Below are positions 38,880 through 51,532 of a DNA stretch of 64,000 bases, piece after piece. Position 1 is the stretch's first letter. Every line of letters starts with the position of its first letter. A model generated the notes under the pieces. It saw nothing but the letters and a program-made list of their open reading frames with translations. It was not told the origin of the DNA and did no database searches. The position numbers were made by a program, and so were the translations under genes. The stretch spans positions 22,942,001-23,006,000 of the forward strand of contig CM059433.1 in the NCBI GenBank assembly GCA_030390025.1, read 5' to 3'. Origin of the DNA: Squalus acanthias. Its lineage: Eukaryota.

Positions 38880-40198
38880 AGAAACATAGAAACATAGAAA
38901 CATAGAAGATAGGAGCAGGAGTAGGCCATTCGGCCCCTCGAGCCTGCTCCGCCATTCGATGAGATCATGGCTGATCATCCAAACTCAGTACCCTGTACCT
39001 GCCTTCTCCCCATATCCCTTGATACCTTTAGCTTTAAGAAATATATCTAACTCATTCTTGAATATATTTAATGACTTGGCCTCAACTACCTTCCGTGGTA
39101 GAGAATTCCACAGGTTCACCACTCTCTGGGTGAAGAAATTCTTCCTCATTTCTGTCCTAAATGGCTTACCCTTTATCCCTAGATTATGACCCCTGGTTCT
39201 GGACTCTCCGACCATCGGGAACATTCTTCCTGCATCTAGTTTGTCCAGACCTGTCAGAATTTTATATGTTTCGATGAGATCTCCTCTCATTCTTCTATAC
39301 TCCAGCGAGTATAAGCCCAATCGACCCAATCTCTCCTCATATGTCATTCCTGCCATCCCAGGTATCAGCCTTGTGAATCTTCGCTGAACTCCTTCCATAG
39401 CAAGAACATCCTTCCTCAGATAAGGCGACCAAAACTGCACACAGTACTCAAGGTGTGGTCTCACCAAGGCCCTGTACAACTGCAGCAGGACATCCCTGTT
39501 CCTGTACTCAAACCCTTTCGCTATGAAGGCCAACATACCATTTGCCTTCTTCACCGCCTGCTGCACCTGCATGCTTACCTTCAGCGACTGGTGCACAAGG
39601 ACACCCAGGTCTCGTTGCACTTCCCCTTCTCCCAATCTATTGCCATTCAGATAATAGTCTGCCTTTCTGTTTTTGACACCAAAGTGGATAACCTCGCATT
39701 TATCCACGTTATATTTCATCCGCCACGCTTCTGCCCACTCACCCAACCTGTCCAAATCATCCTGGAGTTTCTCGGTATCCTCCTCGCAGCACACATGCCC
39801 ACCCAGCTTTGTGTCATCTGCAAACTTGGAGATATTACATTTAGTCCCTTATCTAGATCATTAATGTATATTGTGAATAGCTGGGGAACAAGGACCGATC
39901 CCTGCGGTACCCCACTAGTCACTGCCTGCCACTCGGAAAAAGACCCATTAATTCCTACTCTCTGCTTTCTGTCCGCCAATCAGTTCTCTATCCAAGTCAA
40001 TACCTTGCCCCCAATCCCATGTGCCTTAACTTTACATGCTAATCTCTTATGCGGGACCTTATCGAAAGCCTTTTGAAAGTCCAAATACACCACATCTACT
40101 GGTTCTCCCTTATCTATTTTCCCAGTTACATCCTCAAAAAATTCCAGTAGATTAGTCAAGCACGACTTACCTTTTGTAAATCCATGTTGACTTTGTCC
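38880..40198 (-). mobile_element. CR1 LINE 3' portion
   Basis: ORFs 39980-40219, 39716-39979 and 38985-39794 give a frameshifted RT through to the C-terminus; CATAGAAA repeat tail. Confidence 0.93.
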
Positions 40199-41355
40199 AC
40201 ACAATAGACTGATGAACAAGGTCAGAGAATGCAGAGTCAGGGGACAAGTAGTAGAATGGATTGCTGGCTGGCTTCAAGACATAAAGCAGAGAGTAGGAGT
40301 AAAGAGTAGCTATTCACAGTGGCAGAAGGTGGTGGGTAGTGGTGTTCCACAAGGATCAGTGCTGGGACCACTGCTGTTCACAATTTACATTAACAATTTA
40401 GACTTTGGAAACAAAAACACAATTTCTAAATTTGCGGATGACACCAAATTGGGGGGGATAGTCAATACTGAGGAGGACTGCAACAAGTTACAGGAGGACA
40501 TTAATAAACTTGCAGAATGGGCATATAATTGGCAAATGAAGTTCAACACAGATAAATGTGAGGTATTACATTTTGGTAGGAAGAATAGGGAGGTCACTTG
40601 TTACTTAGAGGATGCGAGTCTAGGTAGGGTAGAGGAACAAAGAGATCTCAGAGTACAAATACACAAGTCACTAAAAGTAGTGACCCAGGTTAGCAAGGCC
40701 ATAAAAAAAGCAAACCAAGCACTAGGGTTTATTTCTAGAGGGATAGAATTGAAAAGTAGGAAGTTATGCTAAACCTGTATCGATCCTTGGTTAGACCACA
40801 CTTAGAGTACTGCGTACAGTTCTGGTCGCCATATTATAAAAAGCATATAGAGGCACTGGAGAGGGTGCAGAGAAGATTTACAAGGATGATACCAGAAATG
40901 CGAGAGTATACATATCAGGAAAGGATGAACAGGCTGGGTCTCTTTTCTCTTGAAAAAAGGCTGAGGGGCGACCTTATGGAGGTCTTTAAAATTATGAAAG
41001 GTTTTGATAGAGTGGATACAGAGAGAATGTTTCCACTTGTGGGGAAGAGCATAACTAGAGGCCATCAATATAAGACAGTCACCAAGAAATCCAATAGGGA
41101 ATTCAGAAGAAACTTCTTTACCCAAAGAGTGTGAGAATGTGGAACTCGCTACCACAGGGAGTGGTTGAAGCGAAAAGTATAGATGCATTTAAGGGGAGGC
41201 TAGACAAGCATATGAGGGAGAAGGGAATAGAGGGTTACGCTGATAGATTTAGATGAGGAAAGACGGTTTAGCCTCGAGTAGAGCATAAACGCCGGCATGG
41301 ACTGGTTGGGCCGAATGGCCTGTTTCTGTGCCGTGTATCCTATGTAAGCCTATGT
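40197..41355 (+). mobile_element. CR1 LINE 3' portion, different subfamily
   Basis: [13 protein letters not shown]...[10 protein letters not shown]...RPHLEYCVQFWSP; CCTATGTA-type tail. Confidence 0.93.
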
Positions 41356-41735
41356 AGGGTAGGGTTTTATATTTAGGAAAGACAGTAGTGAATTCAATAT
41401 AGTGTGCTAAAATTTGCCTGCATGAAATACTAAAAGACACCAATCAGGCTGCTAGCACAAGTTCAGTGATGCAAATCTCCAATTGCTGTTTCTTGTGGGG
41501 AATTTTCTGAAAAGTGTTACTGTCACAACTTACTTACAGCTGAGTGGAAAATGGCACTCATAATTTGTGATATCTCATTGGTGCTTTTTTTGCTTAATTT
41601 GTTCACTTACAGAACAGTGACTGACTTCCGTACAATTCATTGTCTGTGAAGGGTTTTGGAATGCTTCTGAGAAACTTGATCAAGTGCTACATACAAGTTT
41701 TTTTTCTTTCTTACTTGCAACCCTCTACTGATTTA

Positions 41736-42355
41736 GTACATAGGGGGTTGGAGTATAAAAGCAGGGAAGTCCTGCTACAACTGTACAGGGTATTGGTGAG
41801 ACCACACCTTGAGTACTGCATACAGTTTTGGTCTCCTTATCTAAGGAAGGATATACTTGCATTGGAGGCAGTTCAGAGATGATTCACTCGGTTAATTCCA
41901 GAGATGAGGGGGTTGACTTATGAGGAAAGGTTGAGCAGGTTGGGCCTATACTCATTGGAATTTAGAAGAATGAGAGGTGATCTTATTGAAACATATAAGG
42001 TACTGAGGGGGCTCGACAAGGTAGATGCAGAGAGGATGTTTCCCCTCGTGGGGAAATCTAGAACTCGGGGGCATAGTTTCAGAATAAAGGGTCGCCCTTT
42101 TAGAACTGAGATGAGGAGGAATTTCTTCTCTCAGAGGGTCGTAAATCTGTGGAATTCTCTGCCCCAGAGAGCCGTGGAGGCTGGGTCATTAAATACATTT
42201 AAGGTCGAGATAGACAGATTTTTGCAAGATAAGGGAGTGAAGGGTTATGGGGAGCGGGCGGGGAAGTGGCTTTGAGCCCAAGATCAGCCATGATCTTATT
42301 GGCTCGAGGGGCCAAGTGGCCTATTCCTGCTCAAATTTCTTATGTTCTTATATGT
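41736..42355 (+). mobile_element. CR1 LINE 3' fragment
   Basis: ORFs 41640-41882 and 41904-42275 give the CR1 ORF2 end. Confidence 0.92.
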
Positions 42356-43560
42356 AAGAAAAATGCACTTTGCATTTTTATATAATTTCTGTGTTGTGGT
42401 TCTGTCTGTTTTATTTTTTTTAAGTGAAGAATGTGAATTTCCCACCCCAGTAGAGACCCATTGCTTCATGTCTCCTCCCCTCTAGCGGTGTCACTGATGT
42501 AGAGAAACCACCTGCGTCCCTGAGGCTCCACTCATTTTAACAGGAGTTGGAACTTCAGACTGGTCTGAAAATAAACCTGGAGCTGTCTGATCCTGGAAAA
42601 ACACGTTACAGGCTAAGTACCAAACCAGTGTTAATGTTAAAATAGGAAGGAAAGTACTTATTATTCAAATACACCAATGTACAAAATATATATTATAAAA
42701 ATATTTGTTGCTATTAAAAAGTGTCAGTTGAGAAAGTTGAGAACTGTTCATAGCCCATTTGTTGACTGTATGGTTATCTCACTGTTGTACCATACAAACA
42801 GTATTCTGTGCTTACTCATTGAGTATCCTCTTTGCAGCTTATGCAATTAGAGAGGAGTGCTGTTCAGTCTGTAAAAGTAGATACCAAATTAATATGAATT
42901 AATTATAGCTTTAGGATATAGTGATGAGCGTTAATGTGGTTGTTGTTCTTTTGCACTCTCTGACAAAACTACATCATGGACGTAGCAAATGATGAGCTAC
43001 AAGGTGACATTGAATTAATATTTTAAATGATTTGTATGGTAAGTAGTGGAACATCTGCAACTGCCTGAGAAACAATAGTGCTCTCGCTGTCAGTTCTGGG
43101 AGTGTAGGCATCTACAGTACGTCATAATCTGTCACCATCACTACTAGAGTTGACAGGGTCCTTCTCTAAGGAACCAAGATAGGTCTGTCATATTTTATTT
43201 CTCAAAACTGCTATAACAAATTAACATAACAATGTTTGCATATTAGAACATGTTTGTATCTGATAGAGATTTTCTTATGCAGCACAACACAGTGATGTTG
43301 AAATAATTGCTTGAAATTAAACAGACTTTGTTTGTCAAAGGCAGTCAAAACATAAATTAATTAGACATGGACCAACATCTGAGATGGATGATCATGACTG
43401 ACCTTTTGGTTGAATTTTATTTACCTGTTGTAGGTGATAAAATGAATACAGTTATGCATTGGTCGTTTTATTCAATCCACGTGATAGCACAAATGAAGTA
43501 CAATTTTTCACAGCACGATTTCTTAAACGTGCTCACAGCTAACAGTTACTTTACCATGGT

Positions 43561-45495
43561 TTGCACACTATGGAAAAGTGTGTGCTAAATAACAATCAAC
43601 CACTAATGAACAGTAAATTTACTCACTCCAACCTACCTCCCTCTGAACTTGCAGCACTCCATTCTCTCCGATCCAACCCTGACATTGTCATTAAACCTGC
43701 TGACAAGGGTGGCGCTGTTGTTGTTTGGCGCACCGACCTCTACCTAGCGGAAGTTGAACGCCAACTCTCTGACACCTCCTCCTACCTCCACCTGGACCAT
43801 GACCCCACTACTGAACATCAAGCCACCGTGTCCAAGACCGTCACTGACCTCATCTCCTCTGGAGATCTTCCCCCCATGGCCGCCAACCTCATAGTTCCCC
43901 AACCGCGCACAGCCCGCTTCTACCTCCTTCCCAAGATCCACAAACAGGACTGCCCCGGTAGACCCATCGTTTCAGCCTGTTCTTGCCCCACGGAACTTAT
44001 CTCTTCCTATCTCGACTCTATTTTTTCTCCCCTTGTCCAGTCTCTTCCCACCTACATCCGCGACTCTTCCGATGCCCTCCGCCATTTTAACAGTTTCCAG
44101 TTTCCCGGCCCCAACCGTCTCCTCTTCACTATGGACGTACAATCCCTCTACACCTCCATTCCCCACCAGGATGGCCTGAGGGCGCTCCGCTTCTTCCTTG
44201 AACAGAGGCCCAACCAGTCCCCATCCACCACCACCCTCCTCCGCCTGGCTGAACTTGTTCTCACATTGAACAACTTTTCCTTTGACTCTACCCATTTCCT
44301 CCAAATTAAAGGTGTTGCTATGGGTACCCGCATGGGTCCTAGCTATGCCTGCCTTTTCGTGGGATATGTGGAACACTCTTTGTTCCAGTCCTACTCGGGT
44401 CCCCTCCCTCACCTCTTTTTCCGGTACATTGATGACTGTATCGGTGCCGTCTCCTGCTCTCGCCCTGAACTAGAACATTTCATTCACTATGCTTCCAATT
44501 GCCACCCTTCCCTCACCTTCACATGGTCCATCTCCGACTCTTCCCTTCCCTTCCTCGACTTCTCCATCTCCATCTCTGGGGATAGGTTATTGACTAACAT
44601 TCACTACAAGCCCACTGACTCCCACAGCTACCTGGACTACACTTCCTCCCACCCCGCCTCCTGTAAGGACTCTATTCCATTCTCCCAGTTTCTCCGTCTC
44701 TGCCGCATCTGCTCTGATGATGCCACCTTCCATACCAGTGCTTCCGACATGTCTTCCTTTTTCCTCAACCGAGGATTCCCCTCTACCGTGGTCGACACGG
44801 CCCTCGACCGTGTCCGTTCTATCTCCCGCACTTCTGCCCTCACCCCTGCCCCTCCCTCCCGGAACCACGATAGGGTTCCCCTTGTCCTCACCTTTCACCC
44901 CACCAGCCTCCACATTCAACGGATCATCCTCCGCCATTTCCGCCACCTCCAGCGTGATCCCACCACCAAACACATCTTCCCCTCACCTCCCCTTTCAGCA
45001 TTCCGCAGGGACCGCTCCCTCCGCGACACCCTAGTCCACTCCTCTACCACCCCCAGCACCCCTTCCCCTTCGCCCGGCACCTTCCCGTGCACGCGCAGGA
45101 GATGCAACACATGCCCTTACACCTCCCCTCTTCCCACTGTCCAGGGCCCCAAACACCCCTTCCAGGTGAAACAGCGATTTACTTGTACTTCCTGCAATTT
45201 AGTATACTGTATTCGCTGCTCACGATGTGGTCTCCTCTACATTGGGGAGACCAAACGCAGATTGGGTGACCGCTTTGCGGAACACCTCCGTTCAGTCCGT
45301 AAGGGGGACCCCGAGCTCCCGGTGGCCTGTCACTTTAATTCACCGCTTCACTCCCACTCTGACCTCACCGTCCTCGGCCTATTACACTGTTCCACGGAAG
45401 CGCAGCGTAAGCTCGAGGAACAGCACCTCATCTTTCGTTTAGGCACGCTACAGCCCTCTGGACTCAATATCGAGTTCAACAATTTTAGATCATAA
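43561..45495 (+). CDS. Penelope-like reverse transcriptase fused to GIY-YIG endonuclease (5'-truncated; the first ~20 codons are flanking DNA)
   Basis: IKPADKGG, FYLLPKIHK, GRPIVS, DVQSLYTSIP, GVAMGT, RYIDD; Cys linker CTRRRCNTC; LVYCIRC..CGLLYIGET endonuclease; no stops or frameshifts. Confidence 0.93.
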   Translation: MHTMEKCVLNNNQPLMNSKFTHSNLPPSELAALHSLRSNPDIVIKPADKGGAVVVWRTDLYLAEVERQLSDTSSYLHLDHDPTTEHQATVSKTVTDLISSGDLPPMAANLIVPQPRTARFYLLPKIHKQDCPGRPIVSACSCPTELISSYLDSIFSPLVQSLPTYIRDSSDALRHFNSFQFPGPNRLLFTMDVQSLYTSIPHQDGLRALRFFLEQRPNQSPSTTTLLRLAELVLTLNNFSFDSTHFLQIKGVAMGTRMGPSYACLFVGYVEHSLFQSYSGPLPHLFFRYIDDCIGAVSCSRPELEHFIHYASNCHPSLTFTWSISDSSLPFLDFSISISGDRLLTNIHYKPTDSHSYLDYTSSHPASCKDSIPFSQFLRLCRICSDDATFHTSASDMSSFFLNRGFPSTVVDTALDRVRSISRTSALTPAPPSRNHDRVPLVLTFHPTSLHIQRIILRHFRHLQRDPTTKHIFPSPPLSAFRRDRSLRDTLVHSSTTPSTPSPSPGTFPCTRRRCNTCPYTSPLPTVQGPKHPFQVKQRFTCTSCNLVYCIRCSRCGLLYIGETKRRLGDRFAEHLRSVRKGDPELPVACHFNSPLHSHSDLTVLGLLHCSTEAQRKLEEQHLIFRLGTLQPSGLNIEFNNFRS

Positions 45496-45877
45496 CCTCA
45501 GCTCCAATCACATTTATATTTTATTTTTTCCACCCTTTTATTTGCCCCCCCCCCCACCTTTTTTTTCCTCCTAGAAGCTGGCAGCTGTCCTTCATTCTGC
45601 CAGTGGATTTCACACTTCTTTCAGCCTTAATCTGTCACATTAACACCACCTCTAGCCTTGCATATCTCTTAATGTCTCTTAATGTCTCTTCATCTCCCCC
45701 TTTGTTCTTTTATCCCCTCCCCCTTTTCCCAGCTTTACTCTGGCCTTAAATCTATTTGATTTCCGGCTCTTCACAGTTCTGACGAAAGGTCATCGACCTG
45801 AAACGTTAACTCTCTTTCTCTCTCCACGGATGCTGCCTGGCCTGCTGAGTTTTTCCAGCGTTTTCTGTTGTTATTTT
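43622..45877 (+). mobile_element. 5'-truncated Penelope-like retroelement (Neptune-type)
   Basis: 10-bp TSD AGTAAATTTA (43612-43621, 45878-45887); RT plus GIY-YIG ORF; hammerhead motif in the 3' UTR. Confidence 0.93.
45775..45811 (+). ncRNA. Minimal type I hammerhead ribozyme motif (family B)
   Basis: Stem I AGTT/AACT; core CTGACGA; extra A; stem II AGGTC/GACCT; GAAA-CG-TT forming the palindrome AACGTT. Confidence 0.8.
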
Positions 45878-46656
45878 AGTAAATTTAAGCTAATGATTAT
45901 AAAGGTTTCTTCAGTCACAGTAATGGTATTAACAGACCAGTTTTTATTTTTTTTTTTACTGCTTTAAGAAGTTGTCCTTTTTTTACAATAGCATGTGCTG
46001 CATTAACTTAATCTGATGTAAATCCATTTCAGTTTAATTATTATTTCCTGACCAAAGCTTCAAAAGAAAATACTAGGAAATCCATCCATGGCATTGCTCA
46101 TGTTCAGTAGGATGATGCACAGTTTATTAAGGTGGGCTCGTGAAGCCTGACAGCAACCATCTCTCCCGTTCCCAGTAAAGGCCCTTGCCGTGCACCAGGG
46201 TTTGCTCCATCATTTGTTCCTGTATGCACATGGGAGTGCAACTGGGTGTTCATCTTACTTTCTCCTCCCCCCAACATCAATAGCATCTTACCCCTCAATA
46301 AATGTTCTCTCTCTCTCTCCACAACAGGGTATCTTTCTTTATTCCTCTGTTCTGCCCTGTCAGAGAACCACCCCCCTTTTCTCTCCATTGCTCCCTCTCC
46401 CTACAGCACAGCTTATTTTTTTCAAACTCCCTACAATTTTCCATTCACTTTTTAAGCTCTGCACCGGGCCGGGGGGTGGGGCGGGGGTGCACAGAAGATT
46501 AAAATTTACCCCTACTTTCACAATTTTGTTAAAAATGCAGAGAAGAACAATTCTTCACAAGTGCATTTACAATGTCGCTACGTGTGGTGACCAGGTGAAC
46601 TGCTACCTCCGTATCACATCAACAAGTATTTACCCAACAGGCAGAACAAACATTTT

Positions 46657-47549
46657 GGGGTAGAAATTAGGTCGCGCCCCATTTGGGGCGCAAATATCGT
46701 CTGGACGCAAATATTAGCGCCTGGCGCTAATTATCGGCACTGACTGGAAACTTCACTTTTACCGCCCCGGGAGGTGAGTGGAGCGCTAAATCAGGCGCTG
46801 CACACCTGTCTTAAGGCGCAAAGGCCAAGGAGTGAGGCGCTAACTCAGAGCGCTGGCGAAGCTCATGTAATGTCAGTCAACAATGGAACACACACACAAT
46901 GGCACGGGCCAGTTCTTAAAGGGGATGGTTGATCTTGCTTTCCATCCACATCCTGTTCATTGCAGCCTTGAATCTCGGCCTGGAGAGACTTGCACATCAA
47001 ATGTGCTGGAAAGAACAATGGAGAGTACCAGGCAAAGAGCTCAGAGTGCAGCTCCCACAGTCTCTGCTAAATCGATACAAGGAAGGGCAAATCAAAATGA
47101 ACCTGCAAAGTGCTGCTCAGTACCCAAAACTCCTTCACACAACGTTGAATCTCTCCAGAAGTCTCTCCCTCTCTCTCTCAGAATGCGTAGTTCAAAAATG
47201 CCACCAACAATAAAAGACAGGAAGAGGCCCCCTTTAAATAGCGCCCCCCCCAGCCCCACAGTGATTGATAGCGTTCCAGTCTTCTGGTCGTTGGAAGCGC
47301 CAGGCGGTAAGGCAGGGGGCGCCACTCAATTTCCGCTCCGGGGCGCCACAAGGGCGTTGCACCATGGAATGACATTACAATCTGCGCGCGCAGGTGGTCG
47401 CAGCGGTAAGTTTTAGCGCCGCCGCACAATGTCAAGTTAAGTTCCCGAGCGGCGCAAACATCGCTGCGCCCGGGCGTTAGCGGCTTTGCGCCCCATTAGC
47501 GCCCTCTTAAGGCGCTAACGGGAGGCGCAACCAACTGAATTTTTACCCC
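46657..47549. mobile_element. Harbinger MITE, internal-deletion derivative
   Basis: TIRs GGGGTAGAAATT / AATTTTTACCCC with TTT on both flanks; related to 30654-31493. Confidence 0.82.
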
Positions 47550-47552
47550 TTT

Positions 47553-47878
47553 ATTTTTTATTCACTCTTGGGATGTGTGTGTTGCTGTCAAGGCCGGCAT
47601 TTATTGTCCACCACAGTTTCCTTTGAGAAAGTGGTGGTGAGCCGCCTTCTTGAACCGTTGCAGTCCGTGTGGTAAAGGTACTCCCACAGTGCTGTTAGGG
47701 AGGGAGTTCCAGGATTTTGACCCAGCGACGATGAAGGAACGGCGATATATTTCCAAGTCAGGATGGTGTGTGACTTGAAGGAGAACTTGGAGGTGGTGGT
47801 GTTCCCATGCGCCTGCTGCCCTTGTCCTTCTAGGTGGTGGAAGTCACGGGTTTGGGAGGTGCTGCCAAAGAAGCCTTC
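47553..47878 (-). mobile_element. CR1-group LINE family B, 3' end
   Basis: Reverse complement of the 2810-3137 region. Confidence 0.85.
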
Positions 47879-48032
47879 GATGCATTTGATTATCCAAAAA
47901 TATGATAGATAATTATCCTGCTAACTCGATAATTAACTTATATGTTTCAATAAATAAAACTTGTATGGAAATATCTCTTTGTGCACTGTGTAATAACATC
48001 ATAAACGTGATTAAAAAGGTTTACAATTTCAG

Positions 48033-49200
48033 GTGCCACGCTTGGCTCAGTGGTTGCACTTTCACCTCAAATTCAAGAAGGTCATGGATTCAAGTCCCAC
48101 TCCAGAGACTTGAGGACCTAATTTAGGCTGACACTTCAGTGCAGTGCTGAGGGAGTGCTGCACTGTCAGATGTGCCTGGGGGAAAATTCGGTTGCTTTGC
48201 GCTAACGGGGTGCAAAGCAACTAGCGCCCGGGCGCGGCGCTGCAACGCCTCCCGTGAAATTCAGTGGGAGGTTAGCGGCGGTGGTAACCGTTAGCGCCCC
48301 GCGGTGCTGCGCCATCAGCGATGACATCATCGCTGTGCGCAGCGCCCCGCTCGTGTCCCGGCCGCGATCTTCGGTAGCGCCCCCTGACTTACTGCTGGAC
48401 GTTATGTCTGACGGGTTCAGGGGGGCCTACCTGCGGCCGGGGCGGCGCTATTTAAAGGCGAGGTGCCGGGCGGCCATTTTTGTTGCTGGCCGCCTGCCAG
48501 CACCTGCCCCCTCTGCCGTCCCCGGCCTCCTCTGCAGCCCCCCCCCCCCCCCCCCCGCGGAGTGCCGGCTGCGCTCCGTGAGCCCGGCACTCCTCGAGTG
48601 CCGAGCTCTTTTGCCAGCATTCCCGTTCCCTGGTGGCCCAGCTGGGCCCCAGGTCACGCTGCGCAAGGCCCCTCCCCTTTAAGAAGGGGAGGAAGGCCTG
48701 CAGTACCGTGGCACAACGTGCTGCAGCGCATGGCGCTGCGGCACGTAGCGCCGCGGTATTCCCTCACAGCGCCCCAAGAGGGAGGCGAGGTGCTTCCAGT
48801 AGAGCCCCGCTTCCCTCTTGGGGCGCTACCGATGAATTTCGGCCGCGGGGGCGCTAATTTTTTCCGGGCGGCGAAGTTAGCGCCCCAAAGGGGGCGCGAC
48901 CCAATTTTGACTGGGACGTTAAACCGAAGCCCTGTCTGCTCTCTCAGGTGGGTGTAAAAGATCCCATGGCACTATTTGAAGAAGAGCAGGAGGGTTCTCC
49001 CAGTGTCCTGGTCAATATTTATCCCTCAACCAACACTACTGAAAAACAGATTGTTGCTTGTGGGATCTTGCTGTTCACAATTTGGCTGCCTCGTTTCCCT
49101 ACATTACAACAGTGATTACATTTCAAAAGTAACTCAATGGCTGTAAAGCACTTTGGGACAACCTGAGGTGGTGAAAGGCGCTATATAAATGCAAGTTCTT
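48033..49200 (+). mobile_element. DeuSINE-family SINE interrupted by a MITE
   Basis: tRNA-like head at 48033-48110; Deu-like core at 48950-49040; L2-like tail. Confidence 0.8.
48178..48910. mobile_element. GC-rich Harbinger MITE inside the SINE
   Basis: Left end GGGGGAAAATTC; subterminal TAGCGC motifs; right TIR eroded. Confidence 0.68.
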
Positions 49201-51495
49201 GCTTTTCATGATGTCCAGAGGAAATCTTCATCGATGGACTTTAAAAAGAAGTATGGATAATCACGTACCTACCATTAACAGTCCTGTTAGCTTGATCTAA
49301 CTGAAGGAAGCTAACAAGATGGCCTGAATGGTTAACACAGCATTGTCAGTGTTAAAATGCAATCGGCTCTTAAAGCTGTATTACCACTTGTGAGGGATGA
49401 GGGCAAGAACACAATGTATTGTTGATTTTGTATGTTGCTTATCATTAGTGCAACATTCTTTTTCAAGATGTGCCAGCCATGCCCAGCATTTTCCTCTTTT
49501 GAGAAACAACATCCTGCTGTACATCAGCCTTTTATTTCATAGCCCAGCCGAGGATTGCCAAATGTTGCTTCCAGGCAGTGGCATGCAAGCTTAAATAATA
49601 GGAAGCTTAAATAATGAGACTTGAACCCCAAACCATCTGCTAGAGTGACGGGTGCCATAGCTACTGGGCTGCCCATATTTATATTTCTAGGTTGGATGCA
49701 ACCCCAAGTCATGGAAGTGAAATCACTGCTCTCATCTACAATTCCACCCCGTCAACTCATACCTCTTCTTTCAACTGTTAAATATTCTAGTCTCCATACT
49801 CCTTGTGTAAAATCTTCGTCCAAGTACACATGAGCACCTCAGGCACAAGTATTGAAAGTCACACTCATTAAATATTCCGAAGAATTTCTGCAAGATGTCT
49901 TTCTAAGGCTCCTGAAGTTCTGTTCTTTTACTTGTTTTAAATCATTTTGTGATTTGTAATATTCTAGGGGGGAGAAATTCGGTTGGTTCGCGCCTGGACG
50001 CAGCGATGTTAGCGCCGCCGGCGGAATTCACCTGGCGGTTTGCAGTGGCGCTGAACACTACTGCCACGATCTCCTGCGCCCGGAGATCGTGAAGTCATCC
50101 AGTCGCGCATCGCCCCGGACCAGAAATTAATTCTCGCCCCCTGCCTCAGCGCCTGCCATTAGGAACGACAGGTAGAGGAGGCAGTTTGCAGTCGGCTGGG
50201 AGCTGCAGGAGTGCTATTAAAAGGTGTGCTCTTCCTGTTTTTTCTTGTTGGCAAATAATGTTGGCAAACAATGCTGCCTTGTCACTTTGACACAAGCAGA
50301 CAGGCGTTTTGACGCATTTGAGGTTTTCCTACGTGAAGGAGTTTTGCTCCTGACAAAAATTTATCAAGTTAATTTGTCTTACTTTTGATACTGCAACATT
50401 TCCAACACTTAATGGGGCTGTACTGGCACGGGGCCTCGCCCTCCAGCTTCACCAGCGGAGGCAGAGAGAAAGATTGGAAAACGTGGCCAGAGGGAGGAGG
50501 GCCAACAGGGCTCTCAACAGGAGACCATACCCTCCCAGGGTATTCCAGGAGCAGTTCTCCTACATTCATCTGTCCGAGCAGCAGTGTGTTTGAAGGCTCA
50601 GCTTCAGCAAGGAGGTGGTCACTGAGCTCTGCCACCTCCTGCAGCCAGAGCTCCAGCCTCAGCTCAGGACCAGGACGTCTCTGTCAGTGGCAGTGAAGGT
50701 GACAGTGGCTCTCAATTTCTATGCCAGCAGCTCCTTCCAAGCTTCAACAGAGGATATTGCAAACATTTCACAGTTTGCCATCCATTGCTGCATCCGGGAG
50801 GTGACAGACACTCTGTACAGAAGGAGAAGGGAGTACATCTCATTCCCCATGACCAGAGACAAACAGGATGAACACTCATGTGGCTTTGCAAGAATAGCCA
50901 GCTTCCCCATGGTTCAGGGTGCCATTGACTGCACCCACGTGGCATTGCAGGCACCTCATCACAATGCAGAGGTGTTCCGCAACCACAAAGGCTACCACTC
51001 TCTGAACGTTCAGTTGGTGTGCAACCACAGACAGCGCATCCTCGCCGTCAATTCCCGCTATCCTGGCAGCAGCCACGATGCATTCATCCTGCGCCAGACT
51101 GGTGTCCCAGACCTGTTCCAACCACCGCGTCAACCTCATGGCTAGCTCCTCGGGGGCAAGGGTTATTCACTCGCCACCAGGCTGATGACGCCGCTCCGCA
51201 ACCCCAACACTCCTGCTCAGCACGCATACAATGACAGCCATAGTGCCACCAGGAACCTGATCAAATAGACTATCGGCGAGCTAAAGCAACGGTTCCGCTG
51301 CCTTGACCGCTCTGGAGCAGCCCTGCAGTACCCCCCTGATCAAGTCTCCGTTTTTATAGTTGTGTGCTGCATGCTGCACAACCTGGCCATTCTGAGGACC
51401 CAGCCATTGCCACCAGGGATTGGTGCACCACCTCAGGAGGTCAAATGTGAGAAGTCGCACAACACCAGGTTATGGTCCAACAGTTTTATTTGAAA

Positions 51496-51532
51496 TCACA
51501 AGCTTTCGGAGCGCTGCTCCTTCGTCAGGTGA
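51496..51532 (-). ncRNA. Minimal type I hammerhead ribozyme motif (family A)
   Basis: Minus strand TCAC-CTGACGA-A-GGAGC-AGC-GCTCC-GAAA-GC-TT-GTGA. Confidence 0.78.

Noticed and set aside
48178..48910. CpG-island promoter of a host gene
   Set aside because: The CpG richness is confined to a MITE inserted in a SINE.
50615..51145. Host HARBI1 gene
   Set aside because: It lies between TIRs, has stops and mutated catalytic residues, so it is a transposon pseudogene.
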